Shown here piece after piece: positions 36,751 to 46,681 of a stretch of 64,000 nt of DNA; the stretch's first letter is position 1; every line of letters begins with the position of its first letter. The position numbers and the translations under genes were made by a program. This stretch comes from a virus: IMG/VR virus record IMGVR_UViG_3300030419_006954, positions 31,566-95,565 of that record; one strand, written 5' to 3'. The notes below the pieces were generated by a model. It had not been told where the DNA came from and did no database searches. It worked only from the letters and a program-made list of their open reading frames with translations.

Positions 36751-39180
36751 ATGATGGGTCTAACTGATTTCAATTTAACACCAAAAGCAAAAAAAGGATT
36801 AAAAGATGCCAAAAAATTTGCAGAGGCCAATGGGCACACCCTTGTAACTACTGAGCACCTAATTTATGGGTGCTTAGTTAATCTATCAGATAGCTGTTCC
36901 TTAAAACTCAAAGGATATGGGGTTCCTCTTGAACAAAAAGAATTTGTTAAAATCTTTAAGGACTATGCTTCAAAAAACACAAAGATTTTTGAATCTACGC
37001 AGGGTCAAGGGGGCTGGCACGAAGATGTTAATGAAGTAATTCTTTTCGCCAAAGAGTTTTCCGACCAGTTCGACAGTTACTTTATTGGTGTCGAGCATAT
37101 TTTGTATGTGATTTTAGACATGGAGGGGCCGTTTATCGCGCATTTGCGAGAAAACGCTATTGATCCTCTTCACGCGAAAGATGTAATAGAGACTCATGTT
37201 TTAGAAAGCAGCATCCCCCCCACGGACCAAATAAAAAATATTTTACAGATTCAGGGTAAAAGAAATTTATCCTTCCACGAAGAGGAGCAGCGTCCCGTAA
37301 GTCATTTAAGCAAGTATTGTATCAATCTTAATCAACGCTTTATAGATAAACGATCCTCTAAAATTTCAGGCAGAGACGACGAGACTGACGAGCTAATAGA
37401 AATTCTCTCCAAAAAAAATAAAAGTAACGCTATTTTGGTCGGGGAGGCTGGAGTCGGTAAAACTGCGATTGTGGAGGGGTTAGCCCAACGTATAGTTTCT
37501 CAAACGGTGCCTCCCCACATGTCTCTTATGCAAATCTGCGGGGTTGACATCAGCGCCATGGTTGCTGGCACTAAATACAGGGGAGAGTTTGAGGAGAGAT
37601 TTAAGTCCCTTATCTCAGAAGCAGAAAAAGAACCTAATATAATTTTATTTTTTGACGAAATACACACAATCATCGGAGCGGGTAATTCCGAAGGGGCCGT
37701 AGACGCATCTAATATGTTAAAACCCGCTTTAGCAAGGGGTGACATAAAATGCATAGGCGCTACTACCTCCCAAGAGTATAAGAAGTTTTTTGAGAAGGAT
37801 ACTGCCATGAAGAGGAGGTTTGAGAAAATCGTGGTGGAGGAGCCCTCGAAAGCAGATACTAAAAAAATAGTAATGGAGGCTCTCCCTTTTTATGAAGATT
37901 TCCACCACGTTGATTACAAAGAAGAAGATATTGACACCATCCTAGACCTGTCTGAAAAGTTTTTAAGCAATAAAAGGTTTCCCGACAAGGCTTTTGACTT
38001 AGTGGATCAAATTGGAGCGAGGACTAGGATCAAGTATGTTCCCGTTTCTTCTAAAATGGCTTCTGCAAGAAAAAAATTCTGTGATTTCTTAGTCAAGAAC
38101 GGGGAGGACAAAGAATTGAATGAGGAACAATTTACCGTTCTCTTAAAAGATTACTTACAAGAACTGGCGGCGAGTGGGAAACCAAAAGGTCGTAAGCAAA
38201 AAATACGGCAGAAGGATATAGTTGCTGTCTTTACTGAAAAAACAGGGTTGTCACCAAAGACTATCGCTAAAAACAATTCCGCGTTCATTAATTTCCCAAA
38301 ACACATGAACAGTGAGATATTTGGCCAAGAAGAGAACATCGAGACCATTCATAACGCCCTGTCCTGCGCTAAAGCGGGGTTAAATGACCCACAAAAACCG
38401 CTTTCTAACTTTTTGTTCATAGGGGGCACCAGTGTGGGCAAAACTTTTACCGCTAAGAAAATAGCTAAATATTTTTATGGCAATGAAAAGTCCTTTCTAC
38501 AAATTAATATGAGCGAATACCAAGATAAAACTGCTATTTCTAAGCTCATAGGAGCCAACGCAGGTTATGTAGGTTACGAGGATGGAGGGCTTTTAACAGA
38601 GTTTGTTCGCAATAATCCCAATTGTGTGGTGCTATTTGATGAGGTGGAAAAATGCGATCCTAAAATTTTGGATTTGCTACTACATATCTTGGACGAAGGT
38701 TATGCTACAGACAACTTAAATAGAGAAATTGATTTTCGTCGAGCGGTCATTGTGATGACTTCCAATATAGGTCACACTGAAAAGTCTAAACGCAGCATGG
38801 GATTTGTCCCCAACCAAGAACCTGACTCTGAGGTTTACAAAAAGTCCCTAGAAAAACACTTGCGCCCTGAACTATTAGCCCGACTAGACGAAATACTTTT
38901 CTTTAACGAATTAAGTGATACTCACCTCCTTAAAATTATCAACCAAGAACTTAAACATATTACAAGTCGCCTCCTAGATAGAGGAATCGAGTTAAGTTAT
39001 AATTCTAGCGTTAAAAAGCTTATCTTCAATAAAGTCAAAAAGCAAAACAGTCACGCTCGGCAGATTAAAAACCTAGTAAAAAGCACAATCCAAGTGCCTT
39101 TGTCTGATTTTATTGTAAAAAATCGAAAAATAGAAAAAATCTCTCTTAAAGTAGTTGACAAATCACTCGCGTTTGTATAA
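36751..39180 (+). CDS. ClpA/ClpC-type AAA+ chaperone (Clp protease ATP-binding subunit)
   Basis: Clp_N repeats (TEHL, VEHIL), [40 protein letters not shown] loop, RPELLARLD. Confidence 0.92.
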   Translation: MMGLTDFNLTPKAKKGLKDAKKFAEANGHTLVTTEHLIYGCLVNLSDSCSLKLKGYGVPLEQKEFVKIFKDYASKNTKIFESTQGQGGWHEDVNEVILFAKEFSDQFDSYFIGVEHILYVILDMEGPFIAHLRENAIDPLHAKDVIETHVLESSIPPTDQIKNILQIQGKRNLSFHEEEQRPVSHLSKYCINLNQRFIDKRSSKISGRDDETDELIEILSKKNKSNAILVGEAGVGKTAIVEGLAQRIVSQTVPPHMSLMQICGVDISAMVAGTKYRGEFEERFKSLISEAEKEPNIILFFDEIHTIIGAGNSEGAVDASNMLKPALARGDIKCIGATTSQEYKKFFEKDTAMKRRFEKIVVEEPSKADTKKIVMEALPFYEDFHHVDYKEEDIDTILDLSEKFLSNKRFPDKAFDLVDQIGARTRIKYVPVSSKMASARKKFCDFLVKNGEDKELNEEQFTVLLKDYLQELAASGKPKGRKQKIRQKDIVAVFTEKTGLSPKTIAKNNSAFINFPKHMNSEIFGQEENIETIHNALSCAKAGLNDPQKPLSNFLFIGGTSVGKTFTAKKIAKYFYGNEKSFLQINMSEYQDKTAISKLIGANAGYVGYEDGGLLTEFVRNNPNCVVLFDEVEKCDPKILDLLLHILDEGYATDNLNREIDFRRAVIVMTSNIGHTEKSKRSMGFVPNQEPDSEVYKKSLEKHLRPELLARLDEILFFNELSDTHLLKIINQELKHITSRLLDRGIELSYNSSVKKLIFNKVKKQNSHARQIKNLVKSTIQVPLSDFIVKNRKIEKISLKVVDKSLAFV

Positions 39181-39183
39181 TAT
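39155..39183 (+). promoter_or_regulatory. sigma70-like promoter, probably near-leaderless transcript
   Basis: TTGACA-15-TATAAT (or -17-TAATAT); ATG at 39191. Confidence 0.6.
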
Positions 39184-39190
39184 AGCACAT

Positions 39191-39415
39191 ATGAAACGAG
39201 TAAACACTAGGGTCATGAAAGCGATCCGCAATACTAAAGGTAGGTTTTTCGGCCTCTATACTTCGCAGGGGGAGACCTTAAACGCCCAGCTGTCAGGAGA
39301 AACCGATAACTACGTTAGGGTTTATGACCGCAATGCTCGCGAAGATCGCACATTTGCCAAAACTAGCATTTGTGGAGTGCGTATTGCAGAACAAAATTTC
39401 GGTAAGGTATTTTAA
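39191..39415 (+). CDS. Small basic hypothetical protein
   Basis: ORF with its own promoter and downstream terminator. Confidence 0.7.
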   Translation: MKRVNTRVMKAIRNTKGRFFGLYTSQGETLNAQLSGETDNYVRVYDRNAREDRTFAKTSICGVRIAEQNFGKVF

Positions 39416-39458
39416 TATAAAGACTTGCTAGATCGCAATATATCTTACTGATTCGGGT

Positions 39459-39495
39459 AAAACTGGTCCTCTTGAAAAAGGGGGCCAGTTTTTTA
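39459..39495 (+). terminator. Rho-independent terminator
   Basis: AAAACTGGTCCTCTT-GAAA-AAGGGGGCCAGTTTT stem (G-U pairs) followed by a T run. Confidence 0.85.
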
Positions 39496-39504
39496 TTATA
39501 AGTA

Positions 39505-40569
39505 GTGAAAATTAACTCTCTATTTACCGACAAGGCTTACTCTTTTGCGGAGTCGGGAGACCCAAAAGACGATTGCAAGTTCGCTGTCAAGGCTCTAGAA
39601 AAACTTAAACCAAATTTAAAAGTAGAAAAAATAAATTTGCTAGGTGTGGAAGATCATTTTGATGTTTTTATTCTCCAGACCCCCGAGAGGCACATGTTTA
39701 AATTAAAAATTTCTCTCAGCGACACACAAAAAGTTCTTAAAAAGGAAGCAACTGCGTTAAGAAGTTGTGGTTGCAAGAACACTCCTGCCCTCATCGCTTA
39801 CGACACTGTTAAAGTCGGGGAGGAAGTGACCTGTCTACTTACCGAAGTTTTTAATGCTGAAAGTGTCAGAGACCATGGTCGATCCATCATAATAGAAAAC
39901 CTTGACGATTTATTAGATGCGTATTCCTTAGTTTTTGATAACAAGCGCGTAAAAAACAGCTACAAAAATGTTTTAAGTTCTTCTTTGGAGGAATTTATCC
40001 CCACAAATTGCCTTCCTAAAGACACAATTGGAGCCTTTCAAAGCTACACCAATTATCCCCTTTGCGAAAAATTTCTTCTCACCTTAAAATCAGAAATTTC
40101 GGCAGCTGCCCAAGAACTTTTCCCCATTTTTAATCATAAATGTCACGCCTCCCTTTCTCTAGATTCGTTATTTCACGGGCCACAAGGATTTTATTTTGAT
40201 TCCTTATCTACCTTATGCATGGGCCATCCCTTCGTAGATTTTGTTGATTTAATATTAGAAATGGGAGTGGAAACAAAGAACGAGAGCATCTTGTTGGATA
40301 GGTTTTGTGAGAAAATAGGATTTCCCCGCGAGGACAGTATTTATAATCGCATTTATCACTTACAACTAAGAAAAAAGCTTGGTGAATTAATAATTGCTTA
40401 TATAAAAGAGGTTTACCTGTATGATTCTTTTCGGTATCAGAAAATACTTTTTATTGCTGATACCTTTTCCCACTGCTACGAGAGGTTTTGTTCTATTGAT
40501 ATCTTCGAAGAAAATAGGGATTTTATCATGAAAACCATATGCGAGCCCATTTTTGGTGTAAAAGCATAG
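39505..40569 (+). CDS. Aminoglycoside-phosphotransferase/kinase-fold protein with degenerate catalytic motifs
   Basis: FKLKI, LKKEATALR, LLTE, KCHASL (vs HGDL), MGHPFVDF. Confidence 0.5.
   Translation: MKINSLFTDKAYSFAESGDPKDDCKFAVKALEKLKPNLKVEKINLLGVEDHFDVFILQTPERHMFKLKISLSDTQKVLKKEATALRSCGCKNTPALIAYDTVKVGEEVTCLLTEVFNAESVRDHGRSIIIENLDDLLDAYSLVFDNKRVKNSYKNVLSSSLEEFIPTNCLPKDTIGAFQSYTNYPLCEKFLLTLKSEISAAAQELFPIFNHKCHASLSLDSLFHGPQGFYFDSLSTLCMGHPFVDFVDLILEMGVETKNESILLDRFCEKIGFPREDSIYNRIYHLQLRKKLGELIIAYIKEVYLYDSFRYQKILFIADTFSHCYERFCSIDIFEENRDFIMKTICEPIFGVKA
40554..40563 (+). promoter_or_regulatory. RGTGTAAW motif upstream of the modular basic protein
   Basis: tgGTGTAAaa, 10 nt before ATG 40572. 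Confidence 0.5.
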
Positions 40570-40571
40570 GT

Positions 40572-41405
40572 ATGCCACTGCCCACACCAAACAATGGAGA
40601 GAAGCGTTCTAAGTTCATGGATCGCTGTATGAGTGACTCCAAAACAAAAGCCGAATTTAAAGACAATAAACAGAGGGCTGCGGTTTGTTCGTCTCAATTT
40701 TCAAAAGCAGAAAGTAAAGCTTCTGTCACTACAGGGGAAGAGGGGGAGACTCGATGTTATTTTTCAGCAGCAGAGGATAAAAATAAGCCACTTAATAAAC
40801 CTTTTCGCACCCCCAAAGGTCCGAAGAAGTTCTCTGTTTATGTCAAAAACGAGAAAGGAAACATTGTAAAGGTTAACTTCGGTGATCCAAACATGGAAAT
40901 AAAGAGGGATGATCCTGCTCGCCGCAAAAGCTTCAGAGCTAGGCATAACTGCGACAACCCAGGTCCGAAGTGGAAAGCTCGCTACTGGTCTTGCAAACAG
41001 TGGAGGGCTGGCAAAAAAGTAGAAGGTTCCTCAGGGGGAGAATATGAATGGGACGGCGAAACCTTCTTTGATCAAGAGGAAATAGAAGAGGCTTTAGCTA
41101 AGAGAGGGTTATGGGAAAACATTAGGCGCAAGAAAAAGAGGGAGGGTAAGGACTACAAGCCAGCTAAGGTGGGAGATTCTGATAGACCCGATCCCAAGTC
41201 TTGGGAAAAAGCACAGGGAGAGGATGACCCTGACGCTCACTATTTTGAGACTAAAGAAAAGGCTTTAAAAGACGCTAAGAAACTCGGACTAGAGGGATTC
41301 CACAGCCATAAAACCGACGATGGAAAGACTCTTTACATGGCTGGTCCTAATCATGAGGCGTTCATGAAGCGCCATAAAGAAGTAATCAAAAAGAAAGATG
41401 GGTGA
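40572..41405 (+). CDS. Basic multi-module phage protein (DUF6321-like module plus three other small phage modules)
   Basis: PLPTP...FMDRCM...QRAAVC; LNKPFRTP...VNFGDP...RRKSFRARHNC...ARYWSC; GLWENIRRK; AKKLGLEGFHSH...YM. Confidence 0.65.
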   Translation: MPLPTPNNGEKRSKFMDRCMSDSKTKAEFKDNKQRAAVCSSQFSKAESKASVTTGEEGETRCYFSAAEDKNKPLNKPFRTPKGPKKFSVYVKNEKGNIVKVNFGDPNMEIKRDDPARRKSFRARHNCDNPGPKWKARYWSCKQWRAGKKVEGSSGGEYEWDGETFFDQEEIEEALAKRGLWENIRRKKKREGKDYKPAKVGDSDRPDPKSWEKAQGEDDPDAHYFETKEKALKDAKKLGLEGFHSHKTDDGKTLYMAGPNHEAFMKRHKEVIKKKDG

Positions 41406-41718
41406 GCAAAATAACAGTAGACGGTCTGTAGACAGTAAATTTTTAATCACTTTAGGGGTTGGTCTTGCGATTCAAGCCGCAGGAATTGTTTGGTGGGCTA
41501 GTAATCTACAAAGTTCTGTGCAACATAACGATTACCAGCTCCAGATGTTAAAAAAGGATGTCGATGCTCACGCAATTTTTGTCCGCGACTGGCCAGCGGG
41601 AAAATGGGGTAGCGGAAGTCTCCCAGATGACGTAAAACAAAATTTAAAAATAGAAGATCTGGAGAAGCAAATGGAGAAGGTAATGAGCAAGCTATATAAT
41701 GGCAACCATGTGCCTTAA
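41398..41718 (+). CDS. Single-TM plus coiled-coil protein
   Basis: Hydrophobic LITLGVGLAIQAAGIVWWA followed by heptad pattern. Confidence 0.6.
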   Translation: MGEQNNSRRSVDSKFLITLGVGLAIQAAGIVWWASNLQSSVQHNDYQLQMLKKDVDAHAIFVRDWPAGKWGSGSLPDDVKQNLKIEDLEKQMEKVMSKLYNGNHVP

Positions 41719-41722
41719 GTAG

Positions 41723-41750
41723 TTGAATTCTGGGGTTTGATAGATACAAT
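41723..41750 (+). promoter_or_regulatory. sigma70-like promoter, leaderless transcript
   Basis: TTGAAT-16 nt-TACAAT, ATG 5 nt downstream (41756). Confidence 0.6.
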
Positions 41751-41755
41751 CTTAC

Positions 41756-42235
41756 ATGATTGTTCAGTATTATAAGCCTAACTCTAAGAATACAGGCTGC
41801 GCTTTTAGTTTTGATATTGGGTCTAATATAAAAAATGGCGAACCCTGTGTCTATGTTAGGGCTGTAAAGCAGCATTCATGGAATCAATCCAAGCGGACAG
41901 GTTCCTTTTCAGAGAACGCGAAAGACCCAGATAAATCTGTCTCCATAAAGCTTAACGAGGTCGAAGTAGGAGGTTTTATCTACGCTATCGAAAAGTATAC
42001 TGAATTCTCTGCCTTTCATTCTTTTGAGGATAACAAAACTCAAATCTCCTTTAAGCCCTACAAGAAAAAAGATGGCAGTGACGCTTTCTCGTTTGGGGTC
42101 ACTAGAAACTCTGTTAATAAATTTGGGATAGGCGTGGAAATGTCTGAAGCTTATGTTCTGCGCGAATTTTTAACATTTTATTTACAAGAACTCTATATTA
42201 CTCGGTTACAAAAGAAAACCGAAAGAAGTTCATGA
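41756..42235 (+). CDS. Whirly/PC4-like single-stranded nucleic acid binding protein
   Basis: YKP...AFSF, KLNEVEVG, AFH, IGVEMSEAYVL..FL resemble the Whirly domain pattern. Confidence 0.5.
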   Translation: MIVQYYKPNSKNTGCAFSFDIGSNIKNGEPCVYVRAVKQHSWNQSKRTGSFSENAKDPDKSVSIKLNEVEVGGFIYAIEKYTEFSAFHSFEDNKTQISFKPYKKKDGSDAFSFGVTRNSVNKFGIGVEMSEAYVLREFLTFYLQELYITRLQKKTERSS

Positions 42236-44124
42236 AAAAGAAAACCGTTCTAATCCACTCTAATTTTTGTAGAGCTTTTACTGGGTTCGGCAAAAACAAA
42301 AAAAATATTATGCGGTATCTTTTTGATACTGGAAAATATAATTTAGTAGAGCTAGCTAATGGAATCGAATGGGAAAACCCCGTTACGAAAGGTGTTCCGT
42401 GGACATGTCGAGGCTCTCTTCCTCCTGCCGCCGAGTTAAATAACTTAAATGACGAAGAGAAAAGAGGGGCTGGATATGGGAACAAACTTGTAGATCAAGC
42501 TATAAAGGAATTTAAGCCTGACGTTTATATCGGAATAGAAGATATTTGGGCCTTTAATAATTTTCACACAAAATCATGGTGGAATAAGATCAATACTATG
42601 ATTTGGACTACACTTGATAGTCTTCCTCTTTTACCTCAAGCAGTGGAGTATGCACCGAAGATAAAAAACTATTATGTTTGGTCTTCTTTCGCTGAAGAAG
42701 CATTTAAGAAAATGGGATACGACCATGTAAAGACTCTCCGAGGCTCGTTGGACACCTCTAATTTTTTTAGTTTTTCTGACGAAAAAAAAGCGCAGCTTAG
42801 AGAGGCCCATGGACTAAGCAATGAATATATAATAGGTTTTGTTTTTCGTAATCAGTTAAGAAAAAGCGTCCCTAATCTTTTAGATGGTTTCAAGATCTTT
42901 AAAGAAAAAGAGCCAAAGGCGAAGCTTCTTCTGCACACTCATTGGGCAGAAGGCTGGGATATACCACGGTTACTTCAAGAAAAAAATATAGATCAGCAGG
43001 ATGTTTTGACCACTTATGTTTGTTCTAAGTGCAGCACTTATGAAGTTCACTCCTTTTCAGGTCAAGGACAAGACTGTAAAAAATGTGGTTCTCAAGGGAC
43101 TGTCAACACGACCCACACAAGCAAAGGTGTTACCGAAGACCAATTAAACGAAGTTTATAATCTTATGGATGTTTATTGCCACCCATTCACCAGTGGTGGA
43201 CAAGAGATTCCCATCCAAGAGGCCAAGCTAACTGAACTTATAACTTTGGTTACTAATTATTCCTGTGGGGAAGATACTTGCACTGACGAGTCAGCAGGAC
43301 TTCCGCTTGAGTGGAGTGAATACAGAGAACCTGGGACGCAATTTATAAAAGCTTCCACCTCGGCCCAAAGCATCGCAGATCAATTAACTAAAGCATGGGA
43401 ATTAGGAGAAGATGACAAAAGAGAGTGGGGGCGCAGGGCTCGCCAATGGACGATTGATAATTTTTCTGTTGAAGTTATCGGAAAACAATTAGAGGAGATA
43501 ATCGACGCGATGCCCCCAGTAGACTATGATTATGATAGCGCCTCCCTTATGAAGTTAGACCCAACTTATGAACCGAAAGCGACCTACCCATCCCACAAAG
43601 ATTTCATTATAGATATCTATAATAACATTCTGAAAGACGAGGTGGATGAAAACTCACAAGGAGTAAAACATTGGGTAGGTCAATTAATGAGGGGAAAAAC
43701 ACCACATGAAATTGTGAATCATTTTAGACAGGTGGCACTAGAGCAGAACCAAAAAACAAATACCCCTGACCTAGCGGATCTTCTGGGTGACGAAGATAAA
43801 GGCAACAGAATAGCTGTCGTAATACCTCAAAGTGAAACAGATGTATTGTTAATAAATTCGCTATTGAAGAATCTCAAAAAACAATATAATAAACACAATA
43901 TTTATATTTTTACGCAGCCGCAATACTTCCCTTACATAGACGATAACCCTCATGTTCACAAAGTGTTGCCCTATTCTCCCTCTTTAGAAAATTCTTTTTT
44001 ATTGGAGGGGGCAGGAGATCATGGAGGTCTTTTTGAAATTGTTTTTTACCCCCATACAACCACCCAGAAAAACATGTCTTTTATACATAACGCTTTAGAT
44101 AAACATCAATTTTCTTTTCGCTAG
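42232..44124 (+). CDS. Multidomain glycosyltransferase (GT4-like + CxxC/CxxC insert + GT9-like N-terminal half)
   Basis: TGFG, RNQLRKSVPNL, GGQEIPIQEA, CSKC..CKKC, C-terminal DVLLINSLLKNLKKQY..NPHVHKV. Confidence 0.75.
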   Translation: MKKKTVLIHSNFCRAFTGFGKNKKNIMRYLFDTGKYNLVELANGIEWENPVTKGVPWTCRGSLPPAAELNNLNDEEKRGAGYGNKLVDQAIKEFKPDVYIGIEDIWAFNNFHTKSWWNKINTMIWTTLDSLPLLPQAVEYAPKIKNYYVWSSFAEEAFKKMGYDHVKTLRGSLDTSNFFSFSDEKKAQLREAHGLSNEYIIGFVFRNQLRKSVPNLLDGFKIFKEKEPKAKLLLHTHWAEGWDIPRLLQEKNIDQQDVLTTYVCSKCSTYEVHSFSGQGQDCKKCGSQGTVNTTHTSKGVTEDQLNEVYNLMDVYCHPFTSGGQEIPIQEAKLTELITLVTNYSCGEDTCTDESAGLPLEWSEYREPGTQFIKASTSAQSIADQLTKAWELGEDDKREWGRRARQWTIDNFSVEVIGKQLEEIIDAMPPVDYDYDSASLMKLDPTYEPKATYPSHKDFIIDIYNNILKDEVDENSQGVKHWVGQLMRGKTPHEIVNHFRQVALEQNQKTNTPDLADLLGDEDKGNRIAVVIPQSETDVLLINSLLKNLKKQYNKHNIYIFTQPQYFPYIDDNPHVHKVLPYSPSLENSFLLEGAGDHGGLFEIVFYPHTTTQKNMSFIHNALDKHQFSFR

Positions 44125-44126
44125 CG

Positions 44127-45278
44127 ATGTCTCACCTTTTAGAAGAATACGCCAAAAATTTAGGAGTAAAAATTTCACTTCCTATTGTTAATGATCATTT
44201 TTTTCCCTTAACGGCAGACAAATACATTACGCTTTCTAATGACGACAATGTAGAATCCAAGCACTACCCGTATTACGATATCGTATTACATTTGCTTCAG
44301 CCCTTTCTGCGGCACAAAAATATAAAAGTTGTCCAGCTTGGCGGCAAATCTAAAATAGAAGGAGTTGACGCTGCTTTAAATCTCTCTTTCAAACAACAAA
44401 GTTTTATCTTATCTGGCTCTTTGCTCCATGTTGGTTCGGACAATGTGCTGAATCATCTTGCTAGCGCCAAGAACATCCCCACCGTTAATATATTTGGGAA
44501 TACGTTTCCTAAAATTAATCGCCCCATTTTTTCTAGGTCTTCTTTTAATATTAACTTAGCTCCTGTGTGGGACAAGAAGCCGTGCTTCAGCCATATAGAC
44601 CCCAAAAAACAAATAACTACGATTAAGCCTGAGAAGATAGCTGGCAGCATATTAGATTTATTAAAAATAAAGAAAGATAGCCTGACTTTTGAAACTCTTC
44701 ACATCGGGGAAAAGTTTAAACAAAAAATTGTTGAGGTAGTTCCAACGGTTTTTAACTCTCTTAATCTTCTACAAAACCAAGTTCCACTCATAAGGGCCGA
44801 TTACGGTTTCGAAGAGGGTGCTTTTTTAAAATTTTGCGAAAGCTATAGAGTCTCTGTTTACTTGGATAAACTTATCCAACCGCAAGCCTTAAGAAACATA
44901 GCTGCCAACATCCAAACCCTTTTTATCTTCGTGGACGCTGGGTGGGACACTATCCCAGATAATTATTTTAAAATCTTAAAAAACCTAAACATTGAGCCTG
45001 TTCTTCTGGTCAAAAATGAAAAAGAGATTTCAGCGATACGCAATAAGTATTTTGATATTTCTGTGAGACCCTACCGCTCTGAAAAAAAACCGTTGTGTCC
45101 CATAAGTGGTAGTTCTCGGTTTCTCTCTGAGAAACGTATAGTCGAGGGCGCTAAAGAGTATTTAAGTTACGCTCATTGGGAAAAAGGTCTTGACAGGGAC
45201 AATAGAGTGTTGGATACTCCTGAATATTGGAAAGAATCAGATCACTTTTATATTTATGAGCCAAACGAAAACAGCTAA
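44127..45278 (+). CDS. GT9-like (heptosyltransferase-fold C-terminal half) protein
   Basis: K.YPYY, VVQLGG, LHVGSDN..NHLASA.NIPTV.IFG. Confidence 0.65.
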   Translation: MSHLLEEYAKNLGVKISLPIVNDHFFPLTADKYITLSNDDNVESKHYPYYDIVLHLLQPFLRHKNIKVVQLGGKSKIEGVDAALNLSFKQQSFILSGSLLHVGSDNVLNHLASAKNIPTVNIFGNTFPKINRPIFSRSSFNINLAPVWDKKPCFSHIDPKKQITTIKPEKIAGSILDLLKIKKDSLTFETLHIGEKFKQKIVEVVPTVFNSLNLLQNQVPLIRADYGFEEGAFLKFCESYRVSVYLDKLIQPQALRNIAANIQTLFIFVDAGWDTIPDNYFKILKNLNIEPVLLVKNEKEISAIRNKYFDISVRPYRSEKKPLCPISGSSRFLSEKRIVEGAKEYLSYAHWEKGLDRDNRVLDTPEYWKESDHFYIYEPNENS

Positions 45279-46032
45279 AAAGAAGGCGGCGAAGAAGTTT
45301 TACGGACCCGATGTTTACAAGCGTAACGGCCACGGGTTGTTAGAAAACGTGGAGTATATCTTTAACGAAGATGGTTCCGTAAACTGGAGGGCGATGATCA
45401 AAGAGGAGTTTCTCTATCCTAATAAGGGTTGGTTCGATTCTCGTAATCAACCTGTGCCGACATCTCCAGAGGGTTTAGAAGATAAGCAGCTACTTATTAT
45501 GCTCGGAGGTATCAAGGAGCTAGCTAAAATGCGCGGGTATTCTACGGTTGCTTTTGATGTAGTTCACTCTTCAGATGGTTATGTCACTGCTAAATGCATG
45601 ATAAACTGGAATAAAAACTACGAAACACAAGATGAGGTTGTTTATGAAGACTACGCGAATGCCACTCTTTCTAATACAGACAACTTCTGCGCTAAGTTCT
45701 TAGAAACAATTGCCTGTAATCGCGCTTTTGTTCGTTGCGTTCGCAACTACTTGAATATCCACATTGTAGGCGCAGATGAAATAGATAAATCTCAAGCCAC
45801 TGCTCAATCCTATGAGTCCGATGCTGTCGCTAGTCCTATCACCCCTGTGGACCTGTTGGAAAAGACTCTCAGGGAGAAACACAATGTTGACTCTTTTGAG
45901 GGATGCAAGAATGTTCTCAGAGATTTATGGAAGAGCGAAAGCTACAGGAACGAAAAGGCTAAGGAGTGGTCTTGCTTCAAAGACATCCCCGCTAAAGAAG
46001 CTCGTAAGCTAATTGTTGTATTGAATAAATGA
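45256..46032 (+). CDS. Putative Rad52/Sak-superfamily single-strand annealing protein
   Basis: LGGIKELA, YVTAKC, ANAT, ETIACNRAFVRCVRNYLNI; ATG 45256. Confidence 0.45.
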   Translation: MSQTKTAKKKAAKKFYGPDVYKRNGHGLLENVEYIFNEDGSVNWRAMIKEEFLYPNKGWFDSRNQPVPTSPEGLEDKQLLIMLGGIKELAKMRGYSTVAFDVVHSSDGYVTAKCMINWNKNYETQDEVVYEDYANATLSNTDNFCAKFLETIACNRAFVRCVRNYLNIHIVGADEIDKSQATAQSYESDAVASPITPVDLLEKTLREKHNVDSFEGCKNVLRDLWKSESYRNEKAKEWSCFKDIPAKEARKLIVVLNK

Positions 46033-46487
46033 TTAAGAGATTAACAAATCCTGCTGAATTCAAAATAGCTTTAGATGACATTTTCGATCTTTTCGGATAT
46101 GAAAATGAAAATGAAGGCCATCAGCTTTTAAGGCATAACAAAGAATACATTTCAAACGCATTTGCTGATGAATCTGTATTGGTTTGGGATTTTTTTGTGT
46201 GGGCTAATTTAAACGAACATAATAAATACGACGCTACAATCGCTTTTTCAAACCAAAAAAACGAAAAATTCGGAGAGGAAATTTTCTCAGAATACATTTG
46301 GATGTCAGCAAATCCCAATGTGGGCTACAAACTTCTAACCACAGCGTTAAAATTCGCCAAAGAAAAAGAGTTTAAATATGTCACCATGACTTGCGCGATG
46401 GGGCATCCAAAAGCCCAAAAGATAGGTCGCTTCTATGAAAAGATGGGTTTTGTAAAAGACTCTGAAACTTATATAGCCAAGCTATGA
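46029..46487 (+). CDS. GNAT-fold protein
   Basis: GYKLL..A..FAKEK...V.M, RFYEKMGF. Confidence 0.7.
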   Translation: MIKRLTNPAEFKIALDDIFDLFGYENENEGHQLLRHNKEYISNAFADESVLVWDFFVWANLNEHNKYDATIAFSNQKNEKFGEEIFSEYIWMSANPNVGYKLLTTALKFAKEKEFKYVTMTCAMGHPKAQKIGRFYEKMGFVKDSETYIAKL

Positions 46488-46681
46488 ATAATAAAATAGC
46501 TAGAGAATTAAGAAAGCTTTGCAACCCTGTAGACCAAGTATCTACAAGAGTTTACCGCCGTTTAAAAAAACAATATAAGAAACTACCCCACCATGCCCGA
46601 AGAGACTTTATCGACCTCCTTAGAAAAACAACCTTCAAATTGGACGAAGAACAAGGTTGGAGCCTTTTGGATAAAGACTAA
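46484..46681 (+). CDS. Small basic hypothetical protein
   Basis: ATGA-coupled ORF. Confidence 0.5.
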   Translation: MNNKIARELRKLCNPVDQVSTRVYRRLKKQYKKLPHHARRDFIDLLRKTTFKLDEEQGWSLLDKD

